Positions 20,281-28,794 of a stretch of DNA of 40,649 bases are shown piece after piece. This DNA comes from Acidimicrobiales bacterium. GTDB lineage: Bacteria; Actinomycetota; Acidimicrobiia; Acidimicrobiales; CADCSY01. The stretch is from positions 1 through 40,649 of the forward strand of contig JBBSLC010000003.1 of NCBI GenBank assembly GCA_038255685.1. Direction: 5' to 3'. The translations under genes were made by a program, and so were the position numbers. The notes below the pieces were generated by a model. The model was not told where the DNA came from and searched no databases. It saw nothing but the letters and a program-made list of their open reading frames with translations. Position 1 is the first letter of the stretch. The number at the start of each line of letters is the position of its first letter.

Positions 20281-21426
20281 GTGGCTCCCCCCGCCGACGA
20301 CGAAGCCGACGGCGCGTCGGCCCCCCGGCCGTGGGCCATGCCAGGTTCCGGCGGCGGCGCTGCGGAGCCGCCTCTGCCTCCGCCACCACCTCCGCCACCC
20401 GGGTACGGGCCGCCTCCGGGGTACGGGCCGCCTCCGGGGTACGGGCCGCCACCTGGATGGGCCGGAGGATGGCTCCCGGCACCGCCGCGACCCAAGGCGG
20501 GCGGCGCCCGCACCGGGCCGCTGCCGCTGCACCCGATGACGGTGAGCGACATCCTCGACGGGGCGTTCCGGCTCATGAAGGCGAACGCTCGGGCCGTGCT
20601 CCCGATCGTCGCCGTCTTCGTCGTGCCGCTCCAGGTGATCGCTGCCTTCGCGCAGCGGAACCTCTTCGGTGGCGAGGGCCTGCTCGATGCCATCTCCGAT
20701 CCCTCGCTCGCGACCCAGGGGGCGTTCCAGACCGACGCCGACGCCCTCGTCGGCATCGGTGCGGGCCTGCTCAACATCCTCGTGCTCCCGTTCCTCGCAG
20801 GGGCGATCAGCCAGGTCGTCGCTGCCTCCTACCTGGGCCAGGAGCTCGGCGCCGCCGAGGCCCTGCGGTCGACGCTGCGACGATCCTGGGCGCTGTTCGG
20901 TGGCTGGGTGGTCGTCCACGTGCTCCAGCTCGCCGGCTTCCTCGTCGCCGGCGCCATCCTCCTCGCTCTCGTCCTCGCCGGCGCGCCAGAGGCAGGGCTC
21001 GTCGTGGCGCTGCTCCTCGGCGTGGTGACGGGCGTGCCCGTGCTGCTCGCTGTGATGGCGCTCTCCGTCGCGGTGGCGCCCGCGATCGTCGTCGAGGACC
21101 TCGGGCCCATCGCCGGCGTCCGTCGAGCGTGGTCGCTTGCCCGCCGACGCTTCTGGGCGGTGCTCGGGACCGCCCTGCTCGCCGGGCTCATCGCGTCGAC
21201 GCTCGGGCAGATCCTCGGGTTCATCCCCTCCCTCGGTGGCCTCCTGCTCGGGCTGCAGGGGGGCTGGGTCCTGCTCGCCGTCGGGGCCATCCTCACGGCG
21301 CTCATCACCCAGCCGATCGTCGCCATCGTGGCGACCCTGCAGTACTTCGACCTGCGGATCCGCTTCGAGGGCTTCGACCTCGAGGTGATCGCCGCCGAGC
21401 TCGCCGGCTCCGCACCCCGTCGATGA
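20281..21426 (+). CDS. Pro-rich multi-pass membrane protein (Rv3689-like), first gene of the MoxR operon
   Basis: Pro/Gly-rich N-terminus, PLHPMTVSDILDGAF, about 6 TM helices and YFDLRIRFEGFDL. TAGCAT plus 7 nt precedes GTG. Confidence 0.82.
   Translation: MAPPADDEADGASAPRPWAMPGSGGGAAEPPLPPPPPPPPGYGPPPGYGPPPGYGPPPGWAGGWLPAPPRPKAGGARTGPLPLHPMTVSDILDGAFRLMKANARAVLPIVAVFVVPLQVIAAFAQRNLFGGEGLLDAISDPSLATQGAFQTDADALVGIGAGLLNILVLPFLAGAISQVVAASYLGQELGAAEALRSTLRRSWALFGGWVVVHVLQLAGFLVAGAILLALVLAGAPEAGLVVALLLGVVTGVPVLLAVMALSVAVAPAIVVEDLGPIAGVRRAWSLARRRFWAVLGTALLAGLIASTLGQILGFIPSLGGLLLGLQGGWVLLAVGAILTALITQPIVAIVATLQYFDLRIRFEGFDLEVIAAELAGSAPRR
20401..20454 (+). repeat. 18-bp tandem repeat x3 encoding GYGPPP
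   Basis: gggtacgggccgcctccg twice, then gggtacgggccgccacct. Confidence 0.9.
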
Positions 21427-22040
21427 CCGACCTCCCCGTGCCCGAGGCCGGACCAGAGGAGGTGCGTCGACTCGCCGACCGGGTGCTCGCCGACGAGGTG
21501 TTCGACCGCGCCGAGCCCGGCCTGGTCGTCCAGGCGCGCGACTGGATCTTCGAGCAGGTCGGCGAGGCCCTCGACCGCCTGCTCGCGGCTGCCGGCGGTG
21601 GGCCGCTGGGGTGGGTCATCGTGGGGATCCTCGCGCTCGCTGCGGTCGTGCTCGCCGTCCGCTTCACCAGGGGCGTCCAGGGTGACCCCGACGATGGTGG
21701 GACGCCCGCGGGTCCTCGCCGCCCCGCGACGGACTGGCTCGCCGACGCCGAGCGGCTCGAGGCAGCGGGGGAGTGGCGGGCGAGCCTCCGGTGCCGCCAC
21801 CGCGCCCTCGTCGCCGCGCTCGCCGCTCGGGGGATCGTCGAGGAGGTGCCCGGGCGCACCGCAGCCGAGTACCGGGCCGCCGCCGTCGGCGTGGTGCCGG
21901 CGGTCGCGCCCGATCTCGCCGGTGCCACGGACCTGTTCGAGGGTGCGTGGTACGGCCGACGCCTCGTCGACGCCGAGGACGCCCGCCGGTTCCGGGACCT
22001 CTCCGAGCGCGTCCTCACCGCAGCCGGCGCCCGATCGTGA
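21423..22040 (+). CDS. DUF4129 domain membrane protein (Rv3690-like)
   Basis: One TM, then AERLEAAGEWRASLR...GRTAAEY...FEGAWYG. ATGA overlap with the upstream gene. Confidence 0.85.
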   Translation: MTDLPVPEAGPEEVRRLADRVLADEVFDRAEPGLVVQARDWIFEQVGEALDRLLAAAGGGPLGWVIVGILALAAVVLAVRFTRGVQGDPDDGGTPAGPRRPATDWLADAERLEAAGEWRASLRCRHRALVAALAARGIVEEVPGRTAAEYRAAAVGVVPAVAPDLAGATDLFEGAWYGRRLVDAEDARRFRDLSERVLTAAGARS

Positions 22041-23149
22041 GCGGGGCTCCGGTGAGCGGGCCCGGCCGGCGCAGGGATCGCCCGACGGCGCTCTGGGTCG
22101 CGCTGGGTGCAGCGGTCCTGGTCGGCGCGCTCGTGATCGGCGCCCCGGAGGGGGAGGGCGCTGCGCTTGACCCGACGAGCTCGGGACCCCTCGGCGCGCT
22201 CGGCCTGGTCCGCTTCCTGGAGGAGCTCGACGCCGAGGTGGCGCTCGCCCAGGATGCGCCGGGTCGCGAGATCGACGTCGCCCTCGTCCTCGCTGACCGG
22301 CTCGGCTCGGCGCGGCGAGACGACGTCCTCGCGTGGGTGCGGGGTGGCGGCACGCTGGTCGTCGCCGACCCCGGCTCGGCGCTCGTCCCGGTCCCGGTGA
22401 TCGGTGAGCTCTCCGATCCGCGAGCAGGCGAGGCGGGGTGCGGCATCGATGCGCTCGCCGGTGTGGGTGCGCTCGACGTCGACGGACTCGGCTTCGACCT
22501 CGGGGTGCGAGATCGGGGGTGCCTCGGAGACGGGACCAGCTTCTTCGTGGCCGCATCACCGCTCGGCGATGGCACGATCGTCTCCGTCGGCGGCGCCGGT
22601 GCGTGGGTGAACGAACGGCTCGGAGACCGTGACAACGCCGTGCTCGCCGGCGCACTGCTCGCGCCGGCCCCGGGGACCGTCGTCGCCGTCCTCCTCGCGC
22701 CACTCGTGGGGGACGGGACGGCGTCGCTGACCGACCTCGTCGGCGACGGGGTCAAGCAGGCGCTGCTGCAGCTCGGCCTTGCCTTCCTGCTCTACGCACT
22801 GTGGCGGGGGCGACGCCTCGGTGGACCCGTCCCCGAGGAGCAGCCGGTCACGCTGGCCGCCTCCGAGCTCGTCGTCGCCGTCGGGAACCTGCTCCAGCAG
22901 GGTCGCCACCACGAGCGCGCTGCCGCCATGATCCGCAACGATCTGCGACGCCACCTGGCGGCGCGCCTCGGTCTCCCCGTCGACGCGTCGCCCGACGCGG
23001 TCGCCGAGGCCGCCGGAGATCGCACCGGTCTCGACCACGCCCACCTGCTGCGCCTGCTCGCACCTGCCCCGACCCGGGGAGACGGCGACCTCGCCGCCCT
23101 CGCGTCCGATGCCCACGCCGTCACCGAGGAGCTCGCCCGTGCCCGATGA
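22037..23149 (+). CDS. DUF4350 domain membrane protein (Rv3691-like)
   Basis: N-terminal TM, LDPTSSGPLGALGL, WVRGGGTLVVA, NERLGDRDNAVLA, second TM, WRGRRLGGPVPE. GTGA overlap. Confidence 0.85.
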   Translation: MSGAPVSGPGRRRDRPTALWVALGAAVLVGALVIGAPEGEGAALDPTSSGPLGALGLVRFLEELDAEVALAQDAPGREIDVALVLADRLGSARRDDVLAWVRGGGTLVVADPGSALVPVPVIGELSDPRAGEAGCGIDALAGVGALDVDGLGFDLGVRDRGCLGDGTSFFVAASPLGDGTIVSVGGAGAWVNERLGDRDNAVLAGALLAPAPGTVVAVLLAPLVGDGTASLTDLVGDGVKQALLQLGLAFLLYALWRGRRLGGPVPEEQPVTLAASELVVAVGNLLQQGRHHERAAAMIRNDLRRHLAARLGLPVDASPDAVAEAAGDRTGLDHAHLLRLLAPAPTRGDGDLAALASDAHAVTEELARAR

Positions 23150-24149
23150 GACCGACCCGACACCCTCGTCGCCGGTGGAGCCTGCTGGCAGCGGGCGCAC
23201 CCCGCAGCGAGCCGTCCTCGACGTGCGTGACGAGGTGGCGAAGCTCGTGGTGGGCCAGGAAGGGGTGGTCTCGGGGCTCGTCGCCGCCCTGCTCGTGCGC
23301 GGCCACGTGCTGCTGGAGGGCGTGCCCGGGGTGGCGAAGACCTTGCTCGTCAAGGCGCTCGCTGCCTCGCTCGACCTCCAGACGACGCGCATCCAGTTCA
23401 CCCCGGACCTGATGCCCTCCGACGTCGTCGGCCAGACGATCCTCGACCCGTCGGCGGGCACCGGCGGCTTCCGCTTCCGGGAGGGCCCGGTGTTCACGAA
23501 CCTGCTGCTCGCCGACGAGATCAACCGCACGCCGCCGCGCACCCAGTCCGCCCTGCTCGAGGCGATGGAGGAGCGGCACGTCTCCTCCGACGGCGTGACC
23601 CGCCCGCTCCCTGACCCGTTCATCGTGATCGCGACCCAGAACCCGATCGAGTACGAGGGCACCTACCCGCTCCCCGAAGCCCAGCTCGACCGCTTCCTCT
23701 TCAAGCTCGTCGTCGGCTACCCGAGCGCCGAGGAGGAGCAGGTGATCCTGGCGCGCCACGATGCCGGCCAGGTACCCCACGACGTGCGCCAGAGCGCCAT
23801 CCGTGCCGTGGCCGGACCGGAGGACCTCGCCCTCGCCCGGTCCCAGGTCGAGGCGATCCGCTGCGACGAGCAGGTGCTCGGCTACATCGTCGCCCTCGTC
23901 CGGGCGACCCGGTCGTCGCCGTCACTGACCCTCGGCGTGTCACCTCGCGGGGCGACGATGCTGCTGCGGGCAGCCAAGGCGTGGGCGTGGCTGTCGGGGC
24001 GTGACTTCGTGACGCCCGACGACGTCAAGGCGATGGCCCGTTCGACCATGCGCCACCGCATCGCGCTGCGGGCCGAGGTCGAGCTCGAGGGTGGCACCGC
24101 CGACGGGGTGGTCGAAGGCCTGCTCGCCTCCACCGCCGTCCCCCGGTAG
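23139..24149 (+). CDS. moxR: MoxR-family AAA+ ATPase (MoxR2-like)
   Basis: [13 protein letters not shown] (Walker A), [54 protein letters not shown] and SPRG. GAGGAG precedes GTG 23139. Confidence 0.95.
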   Translation: MPDETDPTPSSPVEPAGSGRTPQRAVLDVRDEVAKLVVGQEGVVSGLVAALLVRGHVLLEGVPGVAKTLLVKALAASLDLQTTRIQFTPDLMPSDVVGQTILDPSAGTGGFRFREGPVFTNLLLADEINRTPPRTQSALLEAMEERHVSSDGVTRPLPDPFIVIATQNPIEYEGTYPLPEAQLDRFLFKLVVGYPSAEEEQVILARHDAGQVPHDVRQSAIRAVAGPEDLALARSQVEAIRCDEQVLGYIVALVRATRSSPSLTLGVSPRGATMLLRAAKAWAWLSGRDFVTPDDVKAMARSTMRHRIALRAEVELEGGTADGVVEGLLASTAVPR

Positions 24150-24160
24150 GCCCCCCGACC

Positions 24161-25468
24161 ATGCCCGTCCCCACCCGTCGCCTGGCGCTGCTCGCCGCTG
24201 CCCTGTTCGTCGCCGTGCTCGTCGCGCCGTTCCCCCTGCCGGGCTCGCTGCTCGTCGTGAACGGCCTGCTGCTCGCAGTCGCCGCCATCGACGGGTTGCT
24301 CGCGGCGCGACCGGGGGCGCTCGCTGTCAGTCGCGACCTCCCCGCTGTCGTGGCGCTCGAGGCCGAGGGGACCGTGACGTGGCGGGTGTCGAACCCGACG
24401 GGGAGGCGTGCGGTGGTGGCGCTGGCCGACGAGCTGGCGCCGTCGCTGCGGCCTGTGGACCGCCGGGCGCACCTGTCGATCGCGGCTGGTGCCACGGTGA
24501 CGGCCAGCACAGTGATCCGACCGTCCCGGCGTGGCAGGTTCGAGCCGTCGCGCGTCGTGCTCCGCGTCGACGGGCCGCTCGGCCTCGTGGCTCGCCAGGG
24601 TGCGGTCGTCGTGCCGGGCGTCCTGCGGGTGCACCCCCGGTACCGATCGAAGGAGCAGGCGGAGCTGCGCATCGACCGGGCCCGCATCCTCGAGGTCGGG
24701 CTCCGCTCGGCCAAGGGACGTGGTTCGGGCACGGAGTTCGAGTCGCTGCGCGACTACGGCCCCGACGACGAGTCCCGCAGGATCGACTGGTCGGCGACCG
24801 CTCGCACCGGACGACCGATCGTGCGCACGTACCGGGCCGAGCGCAACCAGTCGGTGCTGTGCCTCGTCGACCTCGGGCGCACGATGGCCGCCCGCGTCGA
24901 CGACGTCCCCCGGGTCGAGCACGCCATGGACGCAGTGATGATGCTGACCCACGTCGCCGGCCGCCTCGGAGATCGCGTCGGGCTCCTCGCCTACGACCGG
25001 GACGTGCGCGCAGTGGTGGCACCCCGGGGTGGGCCCCACCAGCTCCGTCGGGTGACCGAGGCGATGTACGACCTCGAGCCGGTGCTGGCCGAGAGCGATC
25101 ACCGGGGAGCGTTCACCGCCGCGCTGACCCGGTTCCGACGGCGGTCGCTCCTCGTCGTGCTGACCGAGCTGGCCGAGGAGTCCCTCACCGACACCCTGCT
25201 CCCGGCACTCCCGCTCATCCTCCGCGACCACCTCGTCGTCGTCGCCAGCGTCACCGACCCGGCGGTGGCGCGCTGGGCGACCGAGCGCCCGGACGGCGCG
25301 AGTGGTGCGTACCGCCGGGCAGCCGCCATCGCCTCGCTCGACGAGCGCCGCCGCGTCGTCGCCCGCCTGCGCGCCCTGGGTGCCACCGTCGTCGACGCCC
25401 CCCCCGGCGAGCTCGCCCCCCGCCTCACCGACACCTACCTCAAGGTGAAGGCGACGGGTCGGCTGTGA
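24161..25468 (+). CDS. DUF58 / vWA-like MoxR partner (Rv3693-like)
   Basis: Two N-terminal TMs, GTEFESLRDY...RRIDWSATAR, MIDAS-like VDLGRTM, GDRVGLLA and YLKVKATGRL. Confidence 0.92.
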   Translation: MPVPTRRLALLAAALFVAVLVAPFPLPGSLLVVNGLLLAVAAIDGLLAARPGALAVSRDLPAVVALEAEGTVTWRVSNPTGRRAVVALADELAPSLRPVDRRAHLSIAAGATVTASTVIRPSRRGRFEPSRVVLRVDGPLGLVARQGAVVVPGVLRVHPRYRSKEQAELRIDRARILEVGLRSAKGRGSGTEFESLRDYGPDDESRRIDWSATARTGRPIVRTYRAERNQSVLCLVDLGRTMAARVDDVPRVEHAMDAVMMLTHVAGRLGDRVGLLAYDRDVRAVVAPRGGPHQLRRVTEAMYDLEPVLAESDHRGAFTAALTRFRRRSLLVVLTELAEESLTDTLLPALPLILRDHLVVVASVTDPAVARWATERPDGASGAYRRAAAIASLDERRRVVARLRALGATVVDAPPGELAPRLTDTYLKVKATGRL

Positions 25469-26127
25469 CCGCCGGTGGGGAGGCGACCCGTGCACTCATC
25501 TTCGACTTCGACGGGCTCATCATCGACACCGAGGCGCTCTATGCGTCGACGCTGCTGCAGGTGCTGGCGGCTCGCGGGGTCACCACCGACCTCGAGGCCA
25601 TCGGGCACCTGTTCGGATCGACGGGTCCGGAGAACGACGCGGCGTGGGCGGCGAAGCTGGAGGAGTGGGCCATCGTCCACGACTCCGACGCCCTCGACGA
25701 GCTCATCCGCACCCGAGCCGGGTCCGGCTTCGACGAGCTGCCACTGCTGCCCGGCGTCGTCGACCTGCTCGACGCCGCTGCGGCGACCGGCTGGCGGACC
25801 GCGCTCGCCACAGGCAAGGCCCGCTGGCGCCTCGACGAGCACCTCGACCGACTCGGCATCGGGACGCGCTTCGACGTGATCGTCACCGCCGAGGAGGTCG
25901 CCAACGGCAAGCCCGCACCTGACATCTTCCTCGAGGCCGCCCGCCGCCTCGGCGTCGAACCCGAGCGCTGCGTCGTCCTCGAAGACTCGCTCCCCGGCTG
26001 TCGGGCTGCCCACGCCGCAGGCATGGTCGCCATCGCCTGTCCCGGTCCGGTCACCGCCAGCCTCACCTTCCCCGACGGCACCCGTCGGGTCGCCTCGCTC
26101 CTCGACGTCCGCCTCGACGAGCTCTGA
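25465..26127 (+). CDS. HAD-superfamily phosphatase (beta-PGM/CbbY-like)
   Basis: FDFDGLIIDTE, KPAPDIFLEAA and VLEDS motifs. GTGA overlap with DUF58. Confidence 0.9.
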   Translation: MTAGGEATRALIFDFDGLIIDTEALYASTLLQVLAARGVTTDLEAIGHLFGSTGPENDAAWAAKLEEWAIVHDSDALDELIRTRAGSGFDELPLLPGVVDLLDAAAATGWRTALATGKARWRLDEHLDRLGIGTRFDVIVTAEEVANGKPAPDIFLEAARRLGVEPERCVVLEDSLPGCRAAHAAGMVAIACPGPVTASLTFPDGTRRVASLLDVRLDEL

Positions 26128-26157
26128 GTCGCCGGGGAGGCGTGCAGGAGCCGCACG

Positions 26158-26470
26158 TCACCCCGGTGCCAGCACCGCCATGCCGTTCGCGCGGGCCGCC
26201 AGCGCGAGCCGATCGTCGTAGGTGACGATGCCGTCGAGGTCGTCGCCGAGGTCGAGCGCGGCGGCGAGGTGGATGGCGTCGAGGCTCCGCAGGACACCCG
26301 GGTCGATGCGCGCCGCTGCCTCGAAGACCGAGGTGGTGACTTCCGTGAGGGTGATCGAGTCGAGCACCTCGCGTGCGCGGAGGCGGTGCTCCGACGCATG
26401 GCGACGGGCTGCTCGCAGAAGCTCTGTTCGGGCGAAGTCGCAGGACACCGGGGCTCGTAGCTCATTGAGG
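26158..26470 (-). pseudogene. vapC: N-terminally truncated VapC (PIN) toxin remnant
   Basis: PVSCDFARTELLRA...LRSLDAIHLAAAL...IVTYDDRLA is VapC-like. The N-terminal YLDTSA motif and any vapB are absent. Confidence 0.75.
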
Positions 26471-26554
26471 CCCTGCTCTCGTCTCGACCGCCGGTCGACA
26501 TCGGGACCTACCATGCGCCGACGGGCAGCCTGCCCGCAGAGCCGGGGGGACGAG

Positions 26555-27688
26555 ATGGCTGTGGTCGACGCTGGGGTGGACGCGAGCGCGGTGCAGGCGC
26601 TGCTGGATCGGGCGCGGCGAGAGGTCGACGAGGGCTTGGTGCCCGCCTGCCAGGTTGCGCTGGCCCGCAACGGTGAGCTCGTGGCGTTCGAGGCGTTCGG
26701 CGACGCCACCACCTCGACCCGCTTCGTGGTGTTCTCGTGCACCAAGGCGTTCGTCGCCGGTGCGATGTGGATCCTGATCGGCGAGGGCAAGGTCGACGTC
26801 TCCAAGCGGGTGATCGACTACATCCCCGAGTTCGGGGCCAACGGCAAGGACGAGATCACCGTCGAGCAGGTCATGCTGCACACCTCGGGGTTCCCCCACG
26901 CGCCGCTCGGACCTCCCTCGTGGGACACCCGGGAGGGGCGGGTGGAGGCGATGGGCCGGTGGCGCCTGAACTGGGAGCCGGGTACCGCCTACGAGTACCA
27001 CCCGACCTCGGCGCACTGGGTCCTGGCCGAGATCATCGCCCGGGTGTCGGGCACCCCCGACCACCGTGACTTCGTCGAGCAGCGCATCACGACGCCTGCC
27101 GGCCTGCCACGTCTCCTCGGCATCGCAGCCGACGACCAGGACGACATCGCCGTGCTCGAGGTGCGGGGAGAGCCGGCCACGCCCGACGAGCTCGAAGCGG
27201 TCCTCGGCGTGCGGGAGCTCCCGGTCGGCGAGGTCACCGACGCCGCGCTCCTCGGGTTCAACGACCCGGCGGCGCGAGCCATCGGCGTGCCTGGGGGCGG
27301 CGGCGTGATGCGGGCCGCCGACCTCGCCCTGTACTACCAGCACCTGCTCCACGACGACGGGGAGACGTGGGACCCGAAGGTGAAGGCCGACGTGCTCACC
27401 AACGTGCGCAACACCTTCCCCGACCGCCTCACCGGGGTCCCGGCCAACCGCACCCTCGGGCTGATCCAGGCCGGTGGGGACGGCATGGCGACCCTGCGTG
27501 GCTTCGGCAAGACGACCTCGCCCCAGGCGGTCGGCCACGGTGGCGCCGCCGGCCAGATCGGTTGGGCGGACCCGGTGTCGGGGCTCTCGCTCGGCTACTG
27601 CACGAACGGGATCGACGCGAACATCCTTCGCCAGGCACGACGAGGTGTCGCCCTCTCGAGCCTCGCCGGGGCGTGCGCGCCGAGCTGA
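26555..27688 (+). CDS. serine hydrolase, beta-lactamase class C / esterase family VIII
   Basis: FSCTK (SxxK), LHTSG, EPGTAYEYH and GHGGAAG. GGGGGA SD before ATG 26555, TACCAT -10 at 26509-26514. Confidence 0.9.
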   Translation: MAVVDAGVDASAVQALLDRARREVDEGLVPACQVALARNGELVAFEAFGDATTSTRFVVFSCTKAFVAGAMWILIGEGKVDVSKRVIDYIPEFGANGKDEITVEQVMLHTSGFPHAPLGPPSWDTREGRVEAMGRWRLNWEPGTAYEYHPTSAHWVLAEIIARVSGTPDHRDFVEQRITTPAGLPRLLGIAADDQDDIAVLEVRGEPATPDELEAVLGVRELPVGEVTDAALLGFNDPAARAIGVPGGGGVMRAADLALYYQHLLHDDGETWDPKVKADVLTNVRNTFPDRLTGVPANRTLGLIQAGGDGMATLRGFGKTTSPQAVGHGGAAGQIGWADPVSGLSLGYCTNGIDANILRQARRGVALSSLAGACAPS

Positions 27689-27701
27689 GGCGGGACCGAC
27701 G

Positions 27702-28724
27702 TCAGGTCGGTGAGGGACCGTCGGCCCGTCGGGCGGTCGACGGCTCCTCGCCGAGCAGCCCGGAGAGCCCCCGTGCCGTCGCCGCCCGTCCGAGCACGAC
27801 GACGTAGGCGGTGAAGACGAGCCAGGCGAGCGCACCGATCGAGACCCGGATCGAGGTCGGCCAGGGCTGGCCCGTCACGAACCCCTCGATGAGCCCGGCC
27901 ACGAGGAAGGCGACGACGAGGCCGAGCACGATCGTCACCGAGCGGCGGCCCTGCTCGGCAAGTGCGTCGCGACGGGTCCGGTCACCGGGGACGATCACCG
28001 CCCACCCGAGGGCGAGGCCGGCAGCGCCGGCGACGATCACCGCCGAGAGCTCGAGCAGGCCGTGCGGCAGGATGAGGCCCCAGAAGCGGCCGGGCTCGCC
28101 GGCGGCGGTGAACAGCCCGGCGGCGACACCGACCGCAGCGCCGTTGTAGGCGAGCAGGGCGGCGGTCACGACGCACAGCAGGATGCCGGCGGCGAAGGCG
28201 AGGATCGCCACGCGGACGTTGTTGGTGAAGACGTTCGTGGCGAAGGCAGCAGCAGGCCCCGAGGAGTAGTACGCCTCGAAGTCGTCTTCGACGTAGGCCG
28301 CCCGCACCGCCGCGGGCGCACTTGCCTCGAGTGCCTGGTCCGAGGTCGCGATCCACACGGCGACGCCGGCGAAGGGCACGAGCAGGAGGAGGGAAGCGGC
28401 GAGGACGAACCGACGGACGTGCCACACCGCAGCGGGGAACGTGGCGATGGCGAAGTGGCCGAGGGCCCGTCCCGTCCTCGGTCGCGTCCCGTAGACGACG
28501 GCGTTCGACGAGGCGACCAAGCCGGTCAGCCGGGCGAGCAGCGTCGGGTCCCGGTAGTTGGTGCGGGCGTAGGAGAGGTGGCTCGAGGTGCGCTGGTAGA
28601 GGCGCACGAGCTCGTCGAGCTCGTCGGGGCCGAGGCTGCGGACGCCACGACGGGCACGGGCGGTCAGCGCCGAGAGGCGCGCCCACGTCGGGGTGTTCGT
28701 GGCGATGAAGCGGTCGACGTCCAC
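27702..28724 (-). CDS. SpoIIM-family membrane protein (Rv3694c-like)
   Basis: VDVDRFIA...WARL...ELVRLYQRTSSHLS, FTNNVRVA, ILPHGLLEL and AGLIEGFVT. Confidence 0.9.
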   Translation of the reverse strand: MDVDRFIATNTPTWARLSALTARARRGVRSLGPDELDELVRLYQRTSSHLSYARTNYRDPTLLARLTGLVASSNAVVYGTRPRTGRALGHFAIATFPAAVWHVRRFVLAASLLLLVPFAGVAVWIATSDQALEASAPAAVRAAYVEDDFEAYYSSGPAAAFATNVFTNNVRVAILAFAAGILLCVVTAALLAYNGAAVGVAAGLFTAAGEPGRFWGLILPHGLLELSAVIVAGAAGLALGWAVIVPGDRTRRDALAEQGRRSVTIVLGLVVAFLVAGLIEGFVTGQPWPTSIRVSIGALAWLVFTAYVVVLGRAATARGLSGLLGEEPSTARRADGPSPT

Positions 28725-28731
28725 GTCGCTC

Positions 28732-28790
28732 GCACGGTACCGGCACCGCCCGCAGCATCGCTCTCGGTCGCGACCGAGCCGGTACCGTGC
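28732..28790. promoter_or_regulatory. symmetric bidirectional promoter with a palindromic operator candidate
   Basis: Perfect 13-bp inverted repeat GCACGGTACCGGC (28732-28744) / GCCGGTACCGTGC (28778-28790), each arm containing TACCGT. Perfect 16-bp palindrome CTCGGTCGCGACCGAG at 28763-28778. Confidence 0.6.
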
Positions 28791-28794
28791 CGCC

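Noticed and set aside
26555-27688. Antibiotic-resistance beta-lactamase
   Set aside because: No signal peptide, and the motifs fit cytoplasmic family VIII esterase-like hydrolases.
27702-28724. Evidence for endospore formation from the SpoIIM label
   Set aside because: The domain family is widespread in non-sporulating bacteria, and here it sits in the MoxR-RDD context.
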